Shown: positions 1 to 7,840 of the stretch, piece after piece
How positions within the stretch are numbered: the stretch's first letter is position 1
How the letters are laid out: each line of letters begins with the position of its first letter
Origin: an uncultured bacterium
GTDB lineage: Bacteria; T1Sed10-126
Length of the DNA: 16,121 bases
NCBI GenBank assembly: GCA_964566495.1
Contig: CAZMIT010000034.1
Span: 1-16,121 of the forward strand
Direction of reading: 5' to 3'
The notes under the pieces: model-generated
Told to the model about the DNA's origin: nothing
Seen by the model: only the letters and a program-made list of their open reading frames with translations
Databases searched by the model: none
Position numbers and translations under genes: made by a program

Positions 1-370
1 TGTATGCGGTTGAAGCGGAGAGTGGTCGTGAGCTGTGGTCATATGAAACCGGGGGCCCGGTGCTTAGTTCCCCGGCAGTCGCCGATGGAGTGGTCTACGT
101 GGGGAGTGATAATTTGCGCCTGTATGCGGTTGAAGTAGAGAGCGGACGGAAGTTGTGGTCGTTTAGAACCGGGCTTCAGGTGCGAAGTTCCCCGGCAATA
201 GCCGATGGAGTCGTCTATGTGGGGAATAATGATAACCACCTGTATGCGATTGAAGCTGAGAGTGGCCGTGAGTTGTGGTCGTATGAAACCGGGGATGATG
301 TGCGAAGTTCCCCGGCAGTCGTCGATGGAGTGGTCTACGTGGGCAGTGATGATAACCACCTGTATGCGAT
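1..370 (+). repeat. 120-bp intragenic tandem repeat (3 full units plus the start of a fourth)
   Basis: Positions 1, 121, 241 and 361 all begin TGTATGCG(G/A)T. Positions 66, 186 and 306 all begin AGTTCCCCGGCA. Confidence 0.95.
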
Positions 371-386
371 CCCATCAGGAGATTAA
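1..386 (+). CDS. PQQ-binding-like beta-propeller repeat protein (BamB/AfsK-type), 5'-truncated by the window edge
   Basis: Open frame 3..386 reads YAVEAESGRELWSYETGGPVLSSPAVADGVVYVGSDN..., three 40-aa repeats of SSPAV(A/V)DGVVYVG-x(5)-LYA-x(4)-SGR-x-LW, the PQQ-propeller blade signature. Stop TAA at 384-386. Confidence 0.9.
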   Translation, partial: YAVEAESGRELWSYETGGPVLSSPAVADGVVYVGSDNLRLYAVEVESGRKLWSFRTGLQVRSSPAIADGVVYVGNNDNHLYAIEAESGRELWSYETGDDVRSSPAVVDGVVYVGSDDNHLYAIPSGD

Positions 387-588
387 TGATGAAAATACGC
401 TTAATTTTCATATATTTTGCAATAGATCATCTGATTAATTTATCCCCGGGGATAAATACCTTAGCGCTGGTAAAGTAGAGAAAATACATTCCTATTTCTT
501 TCTGGGAGTTTTTAATTGTAGATGATTGGAGAATGTAGAAAACTAAAAATAGAAGAACAAAAATATTTTGGGCCGAGGAGGCTCTATC

Positions 589-2097
589 ATGGAGAAAGAA
601 TTTAAAATTTCAGAGGCTTGCTTGGATAAGTATAAGAGAAATTTTATGATATCGGTCCTGGCGGTTACTTATTGTCTTTTTACAGTCATTTACCGCCACA
701 GCACTTCGGCCAGGTCTTTTATGTTTTTGCTGGGGGGCTGCGCAGTCGTTCTGGTAGTTTTTGTAGTCATTCCCTTTCACTTTAGTTTTAAGAAAATGAC
801 CGAAACAAGCCTGGTAATAATGCCGGGACAGTTAATTCAAAAAACGGGGAAAGATGAGGAGAGGATCCCCTTTGATGAAATCGAAAAAATCAACGTTGTC
901 TATGGTGATTCTGAAGAAAAAGACTGCGTAAAACTGTTTTCAAAGAATCGGACAATATATTTACAAAATTATGAAGACACCGAGGAGATACTTGATGGGG
1001 TCAGCCGGTATATAGCTGAAGATAAGATTAATATTTCCGAGGGGAGACCGCTCTGGGCTAAGCTCAACTGGAAAGTTTTGTTTTTCTTGGGCGCAGTGAT
1101 AGTAATTGGACTATTGTTTTTTAGGCTACTCGACATTTACGGTTTGAGTGATTACCGTTTGCTGGCAACCACCGCTCTGGTTCTTTTTCCCCTGGGTATA
1201 GTTTATTTATTGTGTAGTTTTGAGCCGCCCCCATTGCTTGAATCAAAATTTCAATGGGTGAAAAGCAAAAAAGAAAATAAATTCTATTTTATCGGGGGGA
1301 TAATTCTTGTAGTAACAGGTCTTCTTTTTTTGGGTTCTATTTTCCTTTCTAATTATTTCCCCCGCTATTATGCCAGTATCAGCGGATTCATAACCGCTGA
1401 GACAGAGGAAGAAGAGATAGAGGAGGGAGTAAGCCCTTTCGTCTGCACTTCCCCGGAAGATACCGACTGCTACGAGAAAATAAACGACGATGTTGTCTAC
1501 CGGGACGGAACCGGAAACCTCTGGACAGCAACGATAACCTTCGAAGGAGAAAAATCAAACTGGGGTTGTGCCGGGCAAAGCATTGCCGGAGCACGTTCTG
1601 TTACCGACGGACAGAGTAATACCACTGCTATTGTTGAGTATCACAACGATAGTGATAACTTTAAAGGGAATAACTACTACACATACGCCGGTGACTATGC
1701 AGACATAGGGTGTCACATTCGCAACGATGGAACCGCAGCCGCCAGGTTATGTGACGATTTAGACTACGCTGGCGAGGATAACTGGTATCTACCTGCGATA
1801 AAAGAATTAAGAGAAGATTTTGGGAACTCGGCCTGTCGTTGTGTTGGGTGGTATGAGAGAGTGGAAATTCCAGAAGAGCCGGGTCTTCATAGAGCCATAG
1901 CTGGCGGCCAAAACCGCTGTGATCTAAGCGAACATTGTGGTGGTTGGGATCCTGACGCCGGCTATACTTACTGGTCTTCGACAGAATCAGAACATAATCC
2001 CCCTACTCCCTGGAGCGTCTTCTTCCGATCGGGTACCACCAGCAACTCCTCCGAGAAATTTGTTTCTAGTTATGTGCGCTGCCGTCTCGGGGACTGA
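589..2097 (+). CDS. Multi-pass membrane protein with C-terminal DUF1566/Lcl (C-type-lectin-fold)-like domain
   Basis: GAGGAGG RBS at 575-581 favours ATG 589 over TTG 568. The N-terminal half has about 5 hydrophobic segments and a bPH-like stretch (ERIPFDEIEKINV). The C-terminal half has DGQSNTTAIV, AAARLCDDL, DNWYLPAIKEL, YWSSTE and a terminal YVRC, all DUF1566-type motifs. Confidence 0.75.
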   Translation: MEKEFKISEACLDKYKRNFMISVLAVTYCLFTVIYRHSTSARSFMFLLGGCAVVLVVFVVIPFHFSFKKMTETSLVIMPGQLIQKTGKDEERIPFDEIEKINVVYGDSEEKDCVKLFSKNRTIYLQNYEDTEEILDGVSRYIAEDKINISEGRPLWAKLNWKVLFFLGAVIVIGLLFFRLLDIYGLSDYRLLATTALVLFPLGIVYLLCSFEPPPLLESKFQWVKSKKENKFYFIGGIILVVTGLLFLGSIFLSNYFPRYYASISGFITAETEEEEIEEGVSPFVCTSPEDTDCYEKINDDVVYRDGTGNLWTATITFEGEKSNWGCAGQSIAGARSVTDGQSNTTAIVEYHNDSDNFKGNNYYTYAGDYADIGCHIRNDGTAAARLCDDLDYAGEDNWYLPAIKELREDFGNSACRCVGWYERVEIPEEPGLHRAIAGGQNRCDLSEHCGGWDPDAGYTYWSSTESEHNPPTPWSVFFRSGTTSNSSEKFVSSYVRCRLGD

Positions 2098-2449
2098 CAT
2101 CCACTGCATCCCTTATATTCGCAATTCCGGATATACGACATATATTCGCGCTATACGAGGCTGTTGATGGGAGTATATGACGATTTTGTTAAAAAGGGGA
2201 CGGGTAGTCATTTGTCATTTCTCAGTGACTGAACAAAGAAAAAACAGGAGACAACGTCATTCCATGTGAGCTATTGCCAGGCAATTTTACCGAAATGACT
2301 TCTGCCGGTCGGATTAAGTTACCCAGATTCGAATAGAATGGTAAAATAGCTAAAAATGGCAGAAAAAATTGGTCTGTATAATCAAATTTTTACGCACATT
2401 TTCAGAAATGATCGAGTTATTAAAAACAACTTAGTTTAAGGAGGAAAAC

Positions 2450-3418
2450 ATGGAAGATTATCCACGGCCTCGATTAGTAGTAAGCCGTTGTCTCGGATTT
2501 GAATCATGTCGCTACAATGATCAGATGGTCAGGGATCCTTTTGTGGCTGAACTGAGTAATTATGCCGATTGCATTACCCCCTGTCCGGAGGTTGATATTG
2601 GACTGGGAGTGCCACGTTTCCCTGTCCGGCTGGTCCGAAGTGAGGACGAGTTGAGATTACTGCAGTCCGAGAGTGAAAAAGATTGCACTGAGGAAATGAT
2701 CACTTTTGCGGAATCTTTTTTAGAGAAAAACGCACCTTTCGACGGTTTTATTCTCAAACATCGTTCCCCTTCTTGCGGACAGAAGGAGGTCAAAATTTAT
2801 CCTCAGCTTGGTAAGGTGGCGCCGATTGACAAGGGTCCCGGTATTTTCACACGTGAAATAAAAGAAGAATATCCTAACTTACCGCTGGAGGACGAGGGGC
2901 GTCTAAAAAACTATAGAATTCGCTACCGATTTTACAGTCGTATTTTTACACTGGCCCGGTTTAGAGAGGTGAAAGATACTCAGGACATGAAATACCTTGT
3001 TCGTTTTCAGGCACGCCACAAATTTCTGCTTCTTGCTTACGATGAACAAGGAACCCGAGAACTGGGCAGGATTGCTGCCAACCAAGAGGGGCTGCCAGTT
3101 GAAGAAGTGCTGGACAAATACGAAGCTAAGCTCAGGGAAACGCTAGTCGGGCAGTCAACGCGAAAAACCAATATCAATGTCATAATGCATATGGCAGGTT
3201 ATTTTTCGGAGACAAACAGTAAACGGGAGAAAGATTACCTTGAGGAGAGCATGGAGCTTTACCGGGAGGGAAGGATACCGCTTTCCTCAGTTCTCTCAAT
3301 AATTCACACCTGGGCCCTGCGCGATCAGAACGATTACCTGTTGAACCAGTATTATCTATCTCCTTTCCCGCAGGATTTGCTGGAATTAAAGGATTCTGGT
3401 CGGCAAATTGATTTATAA
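2450..3418 (+). CDS. DUF523 + DUF1722 (YbgA-family) protein; DUF523 includes 2-thiouracil desulfurases
   Basis: Motifs VSRCLG-x2-CRY, CPEVDIGLGVPR, DGFILKHRSPSCG, EDEGRL, F-x3-HKFLLLAY and YLLNQYYL-x-PFP. RBS AAGGAGGA at 2438-2445. Confidence 0.9.
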   Translation: MEDYPRPRLVVSRCLGFESCRYNDQMVRDPFVAELSNYADCITPCPEVDIGLGVPRFPVRLVRSEDELRLLQSESEKDCTEEMITFAESFLEKNAPFDGFILKHRSPSCGQKEVKIYPQLGKVAPIDKGPGIFTREIKEEYPNLPLEDEGRLKNYRIRYRFYSRIFTLARFREVKDTQDMKYLVRFQARHKFLLLAYDEQGTRELGRIAANQEGLPVEEVLDKYEAKLRETLVGQSTRKTNINVIMHMAGYFSETNSKREKDYLEESMELYREGRIPLSSVLSIIHTWALRDQNDYLLNQYYLSPFPQDLLELKDSGRQIDL

Positions 3419-3473
3419 CTTACGAGGAGGATGGGAACTGATTAATCAGGCAAAGTAAGGAGGAGCTGTAAAC

Positions 3474-3995
3474 ATGGAAACAGAGATAAACGGAGTAATT
3501 ATAGAGCTCAGGAAGGGGGATATTTCTGTCCAGGAAGATATCGAGGCTGTGGTTAATGCCGCGAATGCAGAGCTGAAAACGGGTGGTGGAGTAGCCGGGG
3601 CTATTCATCGGGCTGCCGGGCCCAAACTGGCCGAAGCGGGCCAAAAATATGCCCCCATTCATCCCGGGGAAGCTGTAATTACTCCAGCTTTTAATCTGCC
3701 CAATGAACACGTGATTCACTGCCTGGGTCCGGTTTACGGGAGAGACAAGCCGGAGGATAAGTTGCTTGCTTCCTGTTACACTGAGGCTCTTAAACTGGCC
3801 GAAGAACATGGGATTAAATCAGTAGCTTTTCCGGCCATTTCTACGGGAGCTTTCGGCTACCCGCTCGAAGAAGCAGCCTGCCAGGCCCTGGAAACTGTCA
3901 TTAAACAAACAGAAGAGCTGGAGGTTGTTAAACTAATTCGCTTTGTGCTTTTTGACGAGCAGGGTCTGAGAACGTACCGGGAAATACTCTCATAG
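3474..3995 (+). CDS. Macrodomain protein (O-acetyl-ADP-ribose deacetylase / ADP-ribose hydrolase, YmdB-like)
   Basis: Motifs GDI, AVVNAANAELKTGGGVAGAIHRAAG, VIHCLGPVY and SVAFPAISTGAFGYP. AAGGAGGAG RBS upstream. Confidence 0.95.
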   Translation: METEINGVIIELRKGDISVQEDIEAVVNAANAELKTGGGVAGAIHRAAGPKLAEAGQKYAPIHPGEAVITPAFNLPNEHVIHCLGPVYGRDKPEDKLLASCYTEALKLAEEHGIKSVAFPAISTGAFGYPLEEAACQALETVIKQTEELEVVKLIRFVLFDEQGLRTYREILS

Positions 3996-4011
3996 TTGCC
4001 CGTTCACCTTT

Positions 4012-4032
4012 TTTCCCCCTTGAAGGGGGAAA
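4012..4032. repeat. Intergenic perfect hairpin
   Basis: TTTCCCCCT-TGA-AGGGGGAAA, a 9-bp stem between the macrodomain and nuclease genes. No downstream U-tract on either strand. Confidence 0.6.
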
Positions 4033-4058
4033 CTTGGGATAAAGGATCAGGTGATTAG

Positions 4059-5063
4059 ATGACGTCAGCCGATTTCAAAAATGAACTCTCCTGGTCGATT
4101 AGCCGGAGAAATATGTTTGAGGACTGTAAGCGCAAGTATTTTTATAATTATTACGGTTCCTGGGAAGGCTGGGAGAGTGAGGCCCCGGAGGAAGCCCGGA
4201 TTCTTTATCGATTAAAACAGCTTGATAGCCGTCATACATGGAAGGGAACCACCGTTCACGATGCTATTGCTTTCCTTTTGAAGTGCTTGCTGGAGAACAA
4301 AAAGATAGAATTTGAAAAGATAGAAAAAACCGTAGTGCAGCGCATGCGGGCCCAATTTAGAGAGTCGCTGGCAAAAAGTTACAGGGAAGACCCAAAACGA
4401 AAGTTTGGTTTGTTGGAGCATGAATATGAAGAAGAAATTGCGGACCGTGTCTGGCGAGAAAATCGAGATGATGTCCTGGAATGTCTAGATAATTTTAAAG
4501 CTTCAAAATACTGGAAAGCGGTAGAAGAGCTTGAATTAAGCCGTTGTCTTGCCCTTGAAGGAGATTTAAACAATCCGTCCAACCTCTGGAAAAATATCAC
4601 GACAGACCTGCAGACCTTATTACATTTGCCGTATAGTGTTACGGTCGATTCATTTGATTTAGACGGTCTTAAGGTCTGGGCCAAGTTGGATTTTGCCTAC
4701 CGGCAGAAGGATGGAACAGTTCAGATCATCGATTGGAAATCCGGCCAATCCGGGGGGGAGCCGGATTCACTGCAATTAAATGTATATGGATATTACGCCT
4801 CCGAAGTCTGGGAGCTCAGGGATGAAAATATTCAGCTAACTATCTACAATGTAGCCCGGGAGGAAGAGTTTACCCATCAATTCAGCAGCAAAGCAAAAAG
4901 AGAAACCCGTCAGCAGATATTAGCCAACGTCCGCGAAATGAAAGAGATACTGGTTGAGCCGGAAGAAAACAAGGCACGAAAAGAAGACTTTCCAAAGATA
5001 GAAAACGACAATTTCTGCCGCCACTGCGAGTATCGATTAATCTGCAAACCGGGGTTAGATTAG
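4059..5063 (+). CDS. PD-(D/E)XK nuclease, RecB/AddB/Cas4-like, with probable 4-Cys Fe-S 'iron staple'
   Basis: N-terminal WS-x-SR-x5-C-x-R-x-Y, G-x2-VH, catalytic motifs KLD...IIDWKSG and QL-x2-Y, and C-terminal CRHCEYRLIC. RBS AGGTGA upstream. Confidence 0.88.
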   Translation: MTSADFKNELSWSISRRNMFEDCKRKYFYNYYGSWEGWESEAPEEARILYRLKQLDSRHTWKGTTVHDAIAFLLKCLLENKKIEFEKIEKTVVQRMRAQFRESLAKSYREDPKRKFGLLEHEYEEEIADRVWRENRDDVLECLDNFKASKYWKAVEELELSRCLALEGDLNNPSNLWKNITTDLQTLLHLPYSVTVDSFDLDGLKVWAKLDFAYRQKDGTVQIIDWKSGQSGGEPDSLQLNVYGYYASEVWELRDENIQLTIYNVAREEEFTHQFSSKAKRETRQQILANVREMKEILVEPEENKARKEDFPKIENDNFCRHCEYRLICKPGLD

Positions 5064-5067
5064 CGAT

Positions 5068-5115
5068 AAGCCGGTTTCAATAACGGGCTTGAGAAGTCAG
5101 TTCTCAGCTTCTTTT
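5068..5115. terminator. Possible terminator hairpins between convergent genes
   Basis: AAGCCGGTT/AACGGGCTT imperfect stem (5068-5090), then AGAAG...CTTCT followed by TTT. Located between the stops at 5063 (+) and 5144 (-). Confidence 0.3.
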
Positions 5116-5143
5116 AATCGAAGAATTTTCATCTGCCAGGATA

Positions 5144-6823
5144 TTAAGATGAAGTAACCGGGGTGAGGGAATATTTGTTTATAAATTTTTCCATGTCGGT
5201 TCGTGAACCGCTGATCAGAAGTATGTCGCCTTTCTCAAACTCCTGCTCGCCGAAAAAGGGGATAATTAGCTCCTCACTGCGGATTACGCCGAGCACAATT
5301 ATGTTATAGCGGCGTCTTAGCTGCTCGTCCATGGCTGATTTACCTGCCAGTTGACCGGCGGTAACCGGTTTCACCTGGACTTCAAGTTCAAAATCCAGCA
5401 TGTGTTCGCCGACAACGTATCCGGCTAAAATACGGCTTGTTACGCGGGGCAGACCCTCGACAAAAGTAGCTCCCGCCCGGTAAAAAGATTCAATTGTTTC
5501 GTTCTGATGCGATTGAACAAGAATATTAGCTTTTTTGTTTAATTCACGAACAAGCAGAGTGATCATAATTGCTGTATCGTCGGCGCTAACAGTAATAATA
5601 ACTATGTCGGCCGTTTCTACCCCGGCTTTTTTGAGAACCTCTTTGCTGCTTCCGTCACCAACTATATCTACTTCTTCGTCCGGAGTGTCGTCTATTACGG
5701 TGACTTCAACTTTTTCTTTTTCCAGCCGCTGTTTGGCCGCGCAGCCTTCGCTGCCAAAACCAATTATCACAGCGTGTTGTTCCCCGGACTCCAGGTTATT
5801 GCCTGCAAAATAAGTGGATAATTTGTCGAGCTCGTCTTGCTTATCGGCCAGAAGCAGGACGTCATTTTTATGAAAAAGGAAGCTCTCGTCCGGGCTGGCG
5901 ATAAATTGGTTCTGCCGGCGCACTCCTATCAAATTAGTTGCCAGCTTTTCACGTAAGCTGGAGTCCCTCAGTCGGCGACCTATTAACTGGTGGTCTCCAA
6001 TCAGCGGAAACTCATAAATTTGAAAATCTTCAGGGAGTTCACAGCCAAAATCAAGATTCATTCCAGTGCGGGTGAAAAGCCTATCAACAAGCCAACGTCC
6101 AACAATTTCGCCCGGATAAACAATTTTGTCAATACCAGCCTGGCGAAGGTGAGTAGTATGCTCGAGGCGGCGGGCTATAGCGATTCTCTCCGCCGGCGGG
6201 TTCACTTCAGCCGTCTCGATAAGTTCCTGCAGGGCCAGAGAAGCGGTGACATTCTGTTCATCTCTACCGGCAAGCACAAAATGGGAAGCCTCGACAGCGT
6301 TCGCTTCGCGCAGCACAGCCAGCTTTTCGGGATCGCCCCAGAGGACATTCCGTTCCTCGCGGAATAATTGGGTTGCCAGGTTTTCGTCCGGTTCAACCAG
6401 CAGGTAGGGAAGATTGCGCCGCTCCAGTGTGTTTAACAGGCTAAGCAGAGCGTCGTTATAATATCCGATTAGCACATGCCGGTTGGGACCATCGTATTTA
6501 ATCGGGGGCTGTCTACGCAGTCGTTCTTGCAGCCAGGGGGAGAGAACCAGCGGAATAGCCGTAACTACAATTAATATTCCGGCGAACTGAGTAATAATGA
6601 CCAGAATCTGCATTGCCGGCTGCTCCCAGGGGGCATCCTGGCCGTAACCGACGGTGGTCATTGTTTGAGTTACAAACTCGACAGACTCCAGGAAAGTACG
6701 GGGTCTTTCTTCCAGGTATTCCATTCCAAGATTATGACCTACCGCTAACCCTAACACTACCAGAAGAAAAACAAGACCGACTAACAACAGCCGTTGACTG
6801 TAGTAACCACCCAAGTAAATCAC
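5144..6823 (-). CDS. 2-TM potassium channel with tandem TrkA-N/TrkA-C (RCK) domains
   Basis: Selectivity filter TMTTVGYG between two TM helices, followed by two Rossmann-like RCK-N domains (HVLIGYY; HAVIIGFGSEG) and two RCK-C domains. Start may instead be TTG 6814, since GAGGTGA overlaps the GTG. Confidence 0.9.
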   Translation of the reverse strand: MIYLGGYYSQRLLLVGLVFLLVVLGLAVGHNLGMEYLEERPRTFLESVEFVTQTMTTVGYGQDAPWEQPAMQILVIITQFAGILIVVTAIPLVLSPWLQERLRRQPPIKYDGPNRHVLIGYYNDALLSLLNTLERRNLPYLLVEPDENLATQLFREERNVLWGDPEKLAVLREANAVEASHFVLAGRDEQNVTASLALQELIETAEVNPPAERIAIARRLEHTTHLRQAGIDKIVYPGEIVGRWLVDRLFTRTGMNLDFGCELPEDFQIYEFPLIGDHQLIGRRLRDSSLREKLATNLIGVRRQNQFIASPDESFLFHKNDVLLLADKQDELDKLSTYFAGNNLESGEQHAVIIGFGSEGCAAKQRLEKEKVEVTVIDDTPDEEVDIVGDGSSKEVLKKAGVETADIVIITVSADDTAIMITLLVRELNKKANILVQSHQNETIESFYRAGATFVEGLPRVTSRILAGYVVGEHMLDFELEVQVKPVTAGQLAGKSAMDEQLRRRYNIIVLGVIRSEELIIPFFGEQEFEKGDILLISGSRTDMEKFINKYSLTPVTSS

Positions 6824-6873
6824 CTCAAATCGTTTGTTTCAGTGAAACAATGCCATCAATCATACAATAACAA

Positions 6874-6902
6874 GGCCTCGGAGGTAAAGTTGTTTAAAAA
6901 CT
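6874..6902 (-). repeat. Left inverted repeat of RAYT element (repeat copy 1)
   Basis: Reverse complement is AGTTTTTAAACAACTTTACCTCCGAGGCC. Confidence 0.92.
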
Positions 6903-6909
6903 GTGAACA

Positions 6910-6915
6910 TATAAT
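6910..6915 (+). promoter_or_regulatory. Putative -10 box for the transposase
   Basis: Perfect TATAAT 15 nt before ATG 6931. No well-spaced -35 and no clear RBS. Confidence 0.35.
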
Positions 6916-6930
6916 ACAATGGTAGACATT

Positions 6931-7797
6931 ATGGCTTATCCACCACGTCAATTTCATGAGGGATACTGGTATCACATTTTCACCAGACAACAGCGGGGAG
7001 CTCCGCTGTTTTATACGGAGGACGACCGTCTCACCTTCCTGAGAATACTCGACTTAGATTTTGATCGTCTGGGAGCCTTTATCGGCGGGTATAGTCTGTT
7101 GACCAATCATTATCATTTGCTTGCTCGAATGGGCCCGGTTCCTTTTGGACGTATCTTTCAAACTGTGCACATGAAATACGCTCGATATTTTAATTCTGTT
7201 CATGCGGGGGATGGTAATTTGTTTAAAGATCGTCCGGGAATGAAGATTGTTCTTGACGACTCCTATCTGCTTCAACTTGTTCCCTATATTCATCAGAATG
7301 CTACTGAGGCTGGACTGAGTGATAACCCTGAAGATTACCAATGGCACTCTGATCGCTATTACCGCTCACAAAGTCCCAACATTGATTTGCGCAGCTGGCA
7401 ATTTCCGTCCCATTTTTGCGGCAGCGATAGAACAGAGTTATATGCCGAATTAATGGGGGAAGAAGTTTCTGAAGATTGGGAAGGGGGAGATAATTACATA
7501 GGCTCAAAGTCGGAGTGGAAAAGCTTGAGTCGACGGGAAGAGGGCCGCGAAGGAGAGGCCTACCGGGATACTCGGGGGCGCAGAAGCAAAGAGCAAATTG
7601 CGAATGATGTTGTAAGAGGAACTCAGTGGACGGTGGAAGATTTGAAGAGTCCAAGCCGTGACCGGGAACGTTCTGCACTGAGGCAGGAGGCTATGGTAAA
7701 AATGTATGAAGAAGGTTACGGCCAGTCAGAAATAGGTCGGTTTTTTAATCGAAGTAAAGGGGCGGTTTCTTATGCCATTAAAAATTATGATACTTAA
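6931..7797 (+). CDS. REP-associated tyrosine transposase (RAYT, Y1 HUH family) with C-terminal HTH
   Basis: N-terminus MAYPPRQFHEGYWYHIFTR matches the M-A-R-x-x-R...Y-H-I-x-x-R consensus, which favours ATG 6931 over 6919. HUH motif NHYHLL, YARYFN, G-x-LF-x-DR, catalytic Tyr motif YIHQN, PEDYQWHS. C-terminal DnaA-C/TrpR-like HTH (QSEIGRFFNRSKGAVSYAI). Confidence 0.92.
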   Translation: MAYPPRQFHEGYWYHIFTRQQRGAPLFYTEDDRLTFLRILDLDFDRLGAFIGGYSLLTNHYHLLARMGPVPFGRIFQTVHMKYARYFNSVHAGDGNLFKDRPGMKIVLDDSYLLQLVPYIHQNATEAGLSDNPEDYQWHSDRYYRSQSPNIDLRSWQFPSHFCGSDRTELYAELMGEEVSEDWEGGDNYIGSKSEWKSLSRREEGREGEAYRDTRGRRSKEQIANDVVRGTQWTVEDLKSPSRDRERSALRQEAMVKMYEEGYGQSEIGRFFNRSKGAVSYAIKNYDT

Positions 7798-7825
7798 GTT
7801 TTTTAACAACTTTACCTCCGAGGCC
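7784..7825 (+). repeat. Right inverted repeat of RAYT element (repeat copy 2), overlapping the transposase stop
   Basis: ATTATGATACTTAAGTTTTTTAACAACTTTACCTCCGAGGC(C). 38/41 identical to the solo copies at 13230 and 15023. Confidence 0.92.
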
Positions 7826-7840
7826 CAGAGGAGATGGGTG

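Larger units (their letters stand above)
6874..7825 (+). mobile_element. IS-like element: RAYT-type Y1 transposase flanked by 29-bp inverted repeats
   Basis: Left end GGCCTCGGAGGTAAAGTTGTTTAAAAACT (6874-6902) and right end AGTTTTTTAACAACTTTACCTCCGAGGCC (7797-7825) are reverse complements at 28/29 positions and tightly enclose the transposase ORF. Confidence 0.8.

Noticed and set aside
386..478. Short ORF MMKIRLIFIYFAI... coupled to the propeller stop
   Set aside because: About 30 codons. It could be a truncated signal-peptide remnant but has no supporting homology.
2196..2310. Possible MITE remnant (AGTCATTT at 2206 inverted against AAATGACT at 2293)
   Set aside because: Only 8 bp of complementarity, no second copy and no target duplication.
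7772..7837. N-terminal extension of amrS from ATG 7772/7787
   Set aside because: It is the translation of the transposase tail and inverted repeat. A better RBS precedes GTG 7838/7841. Read-through from 7787 is not excluded.
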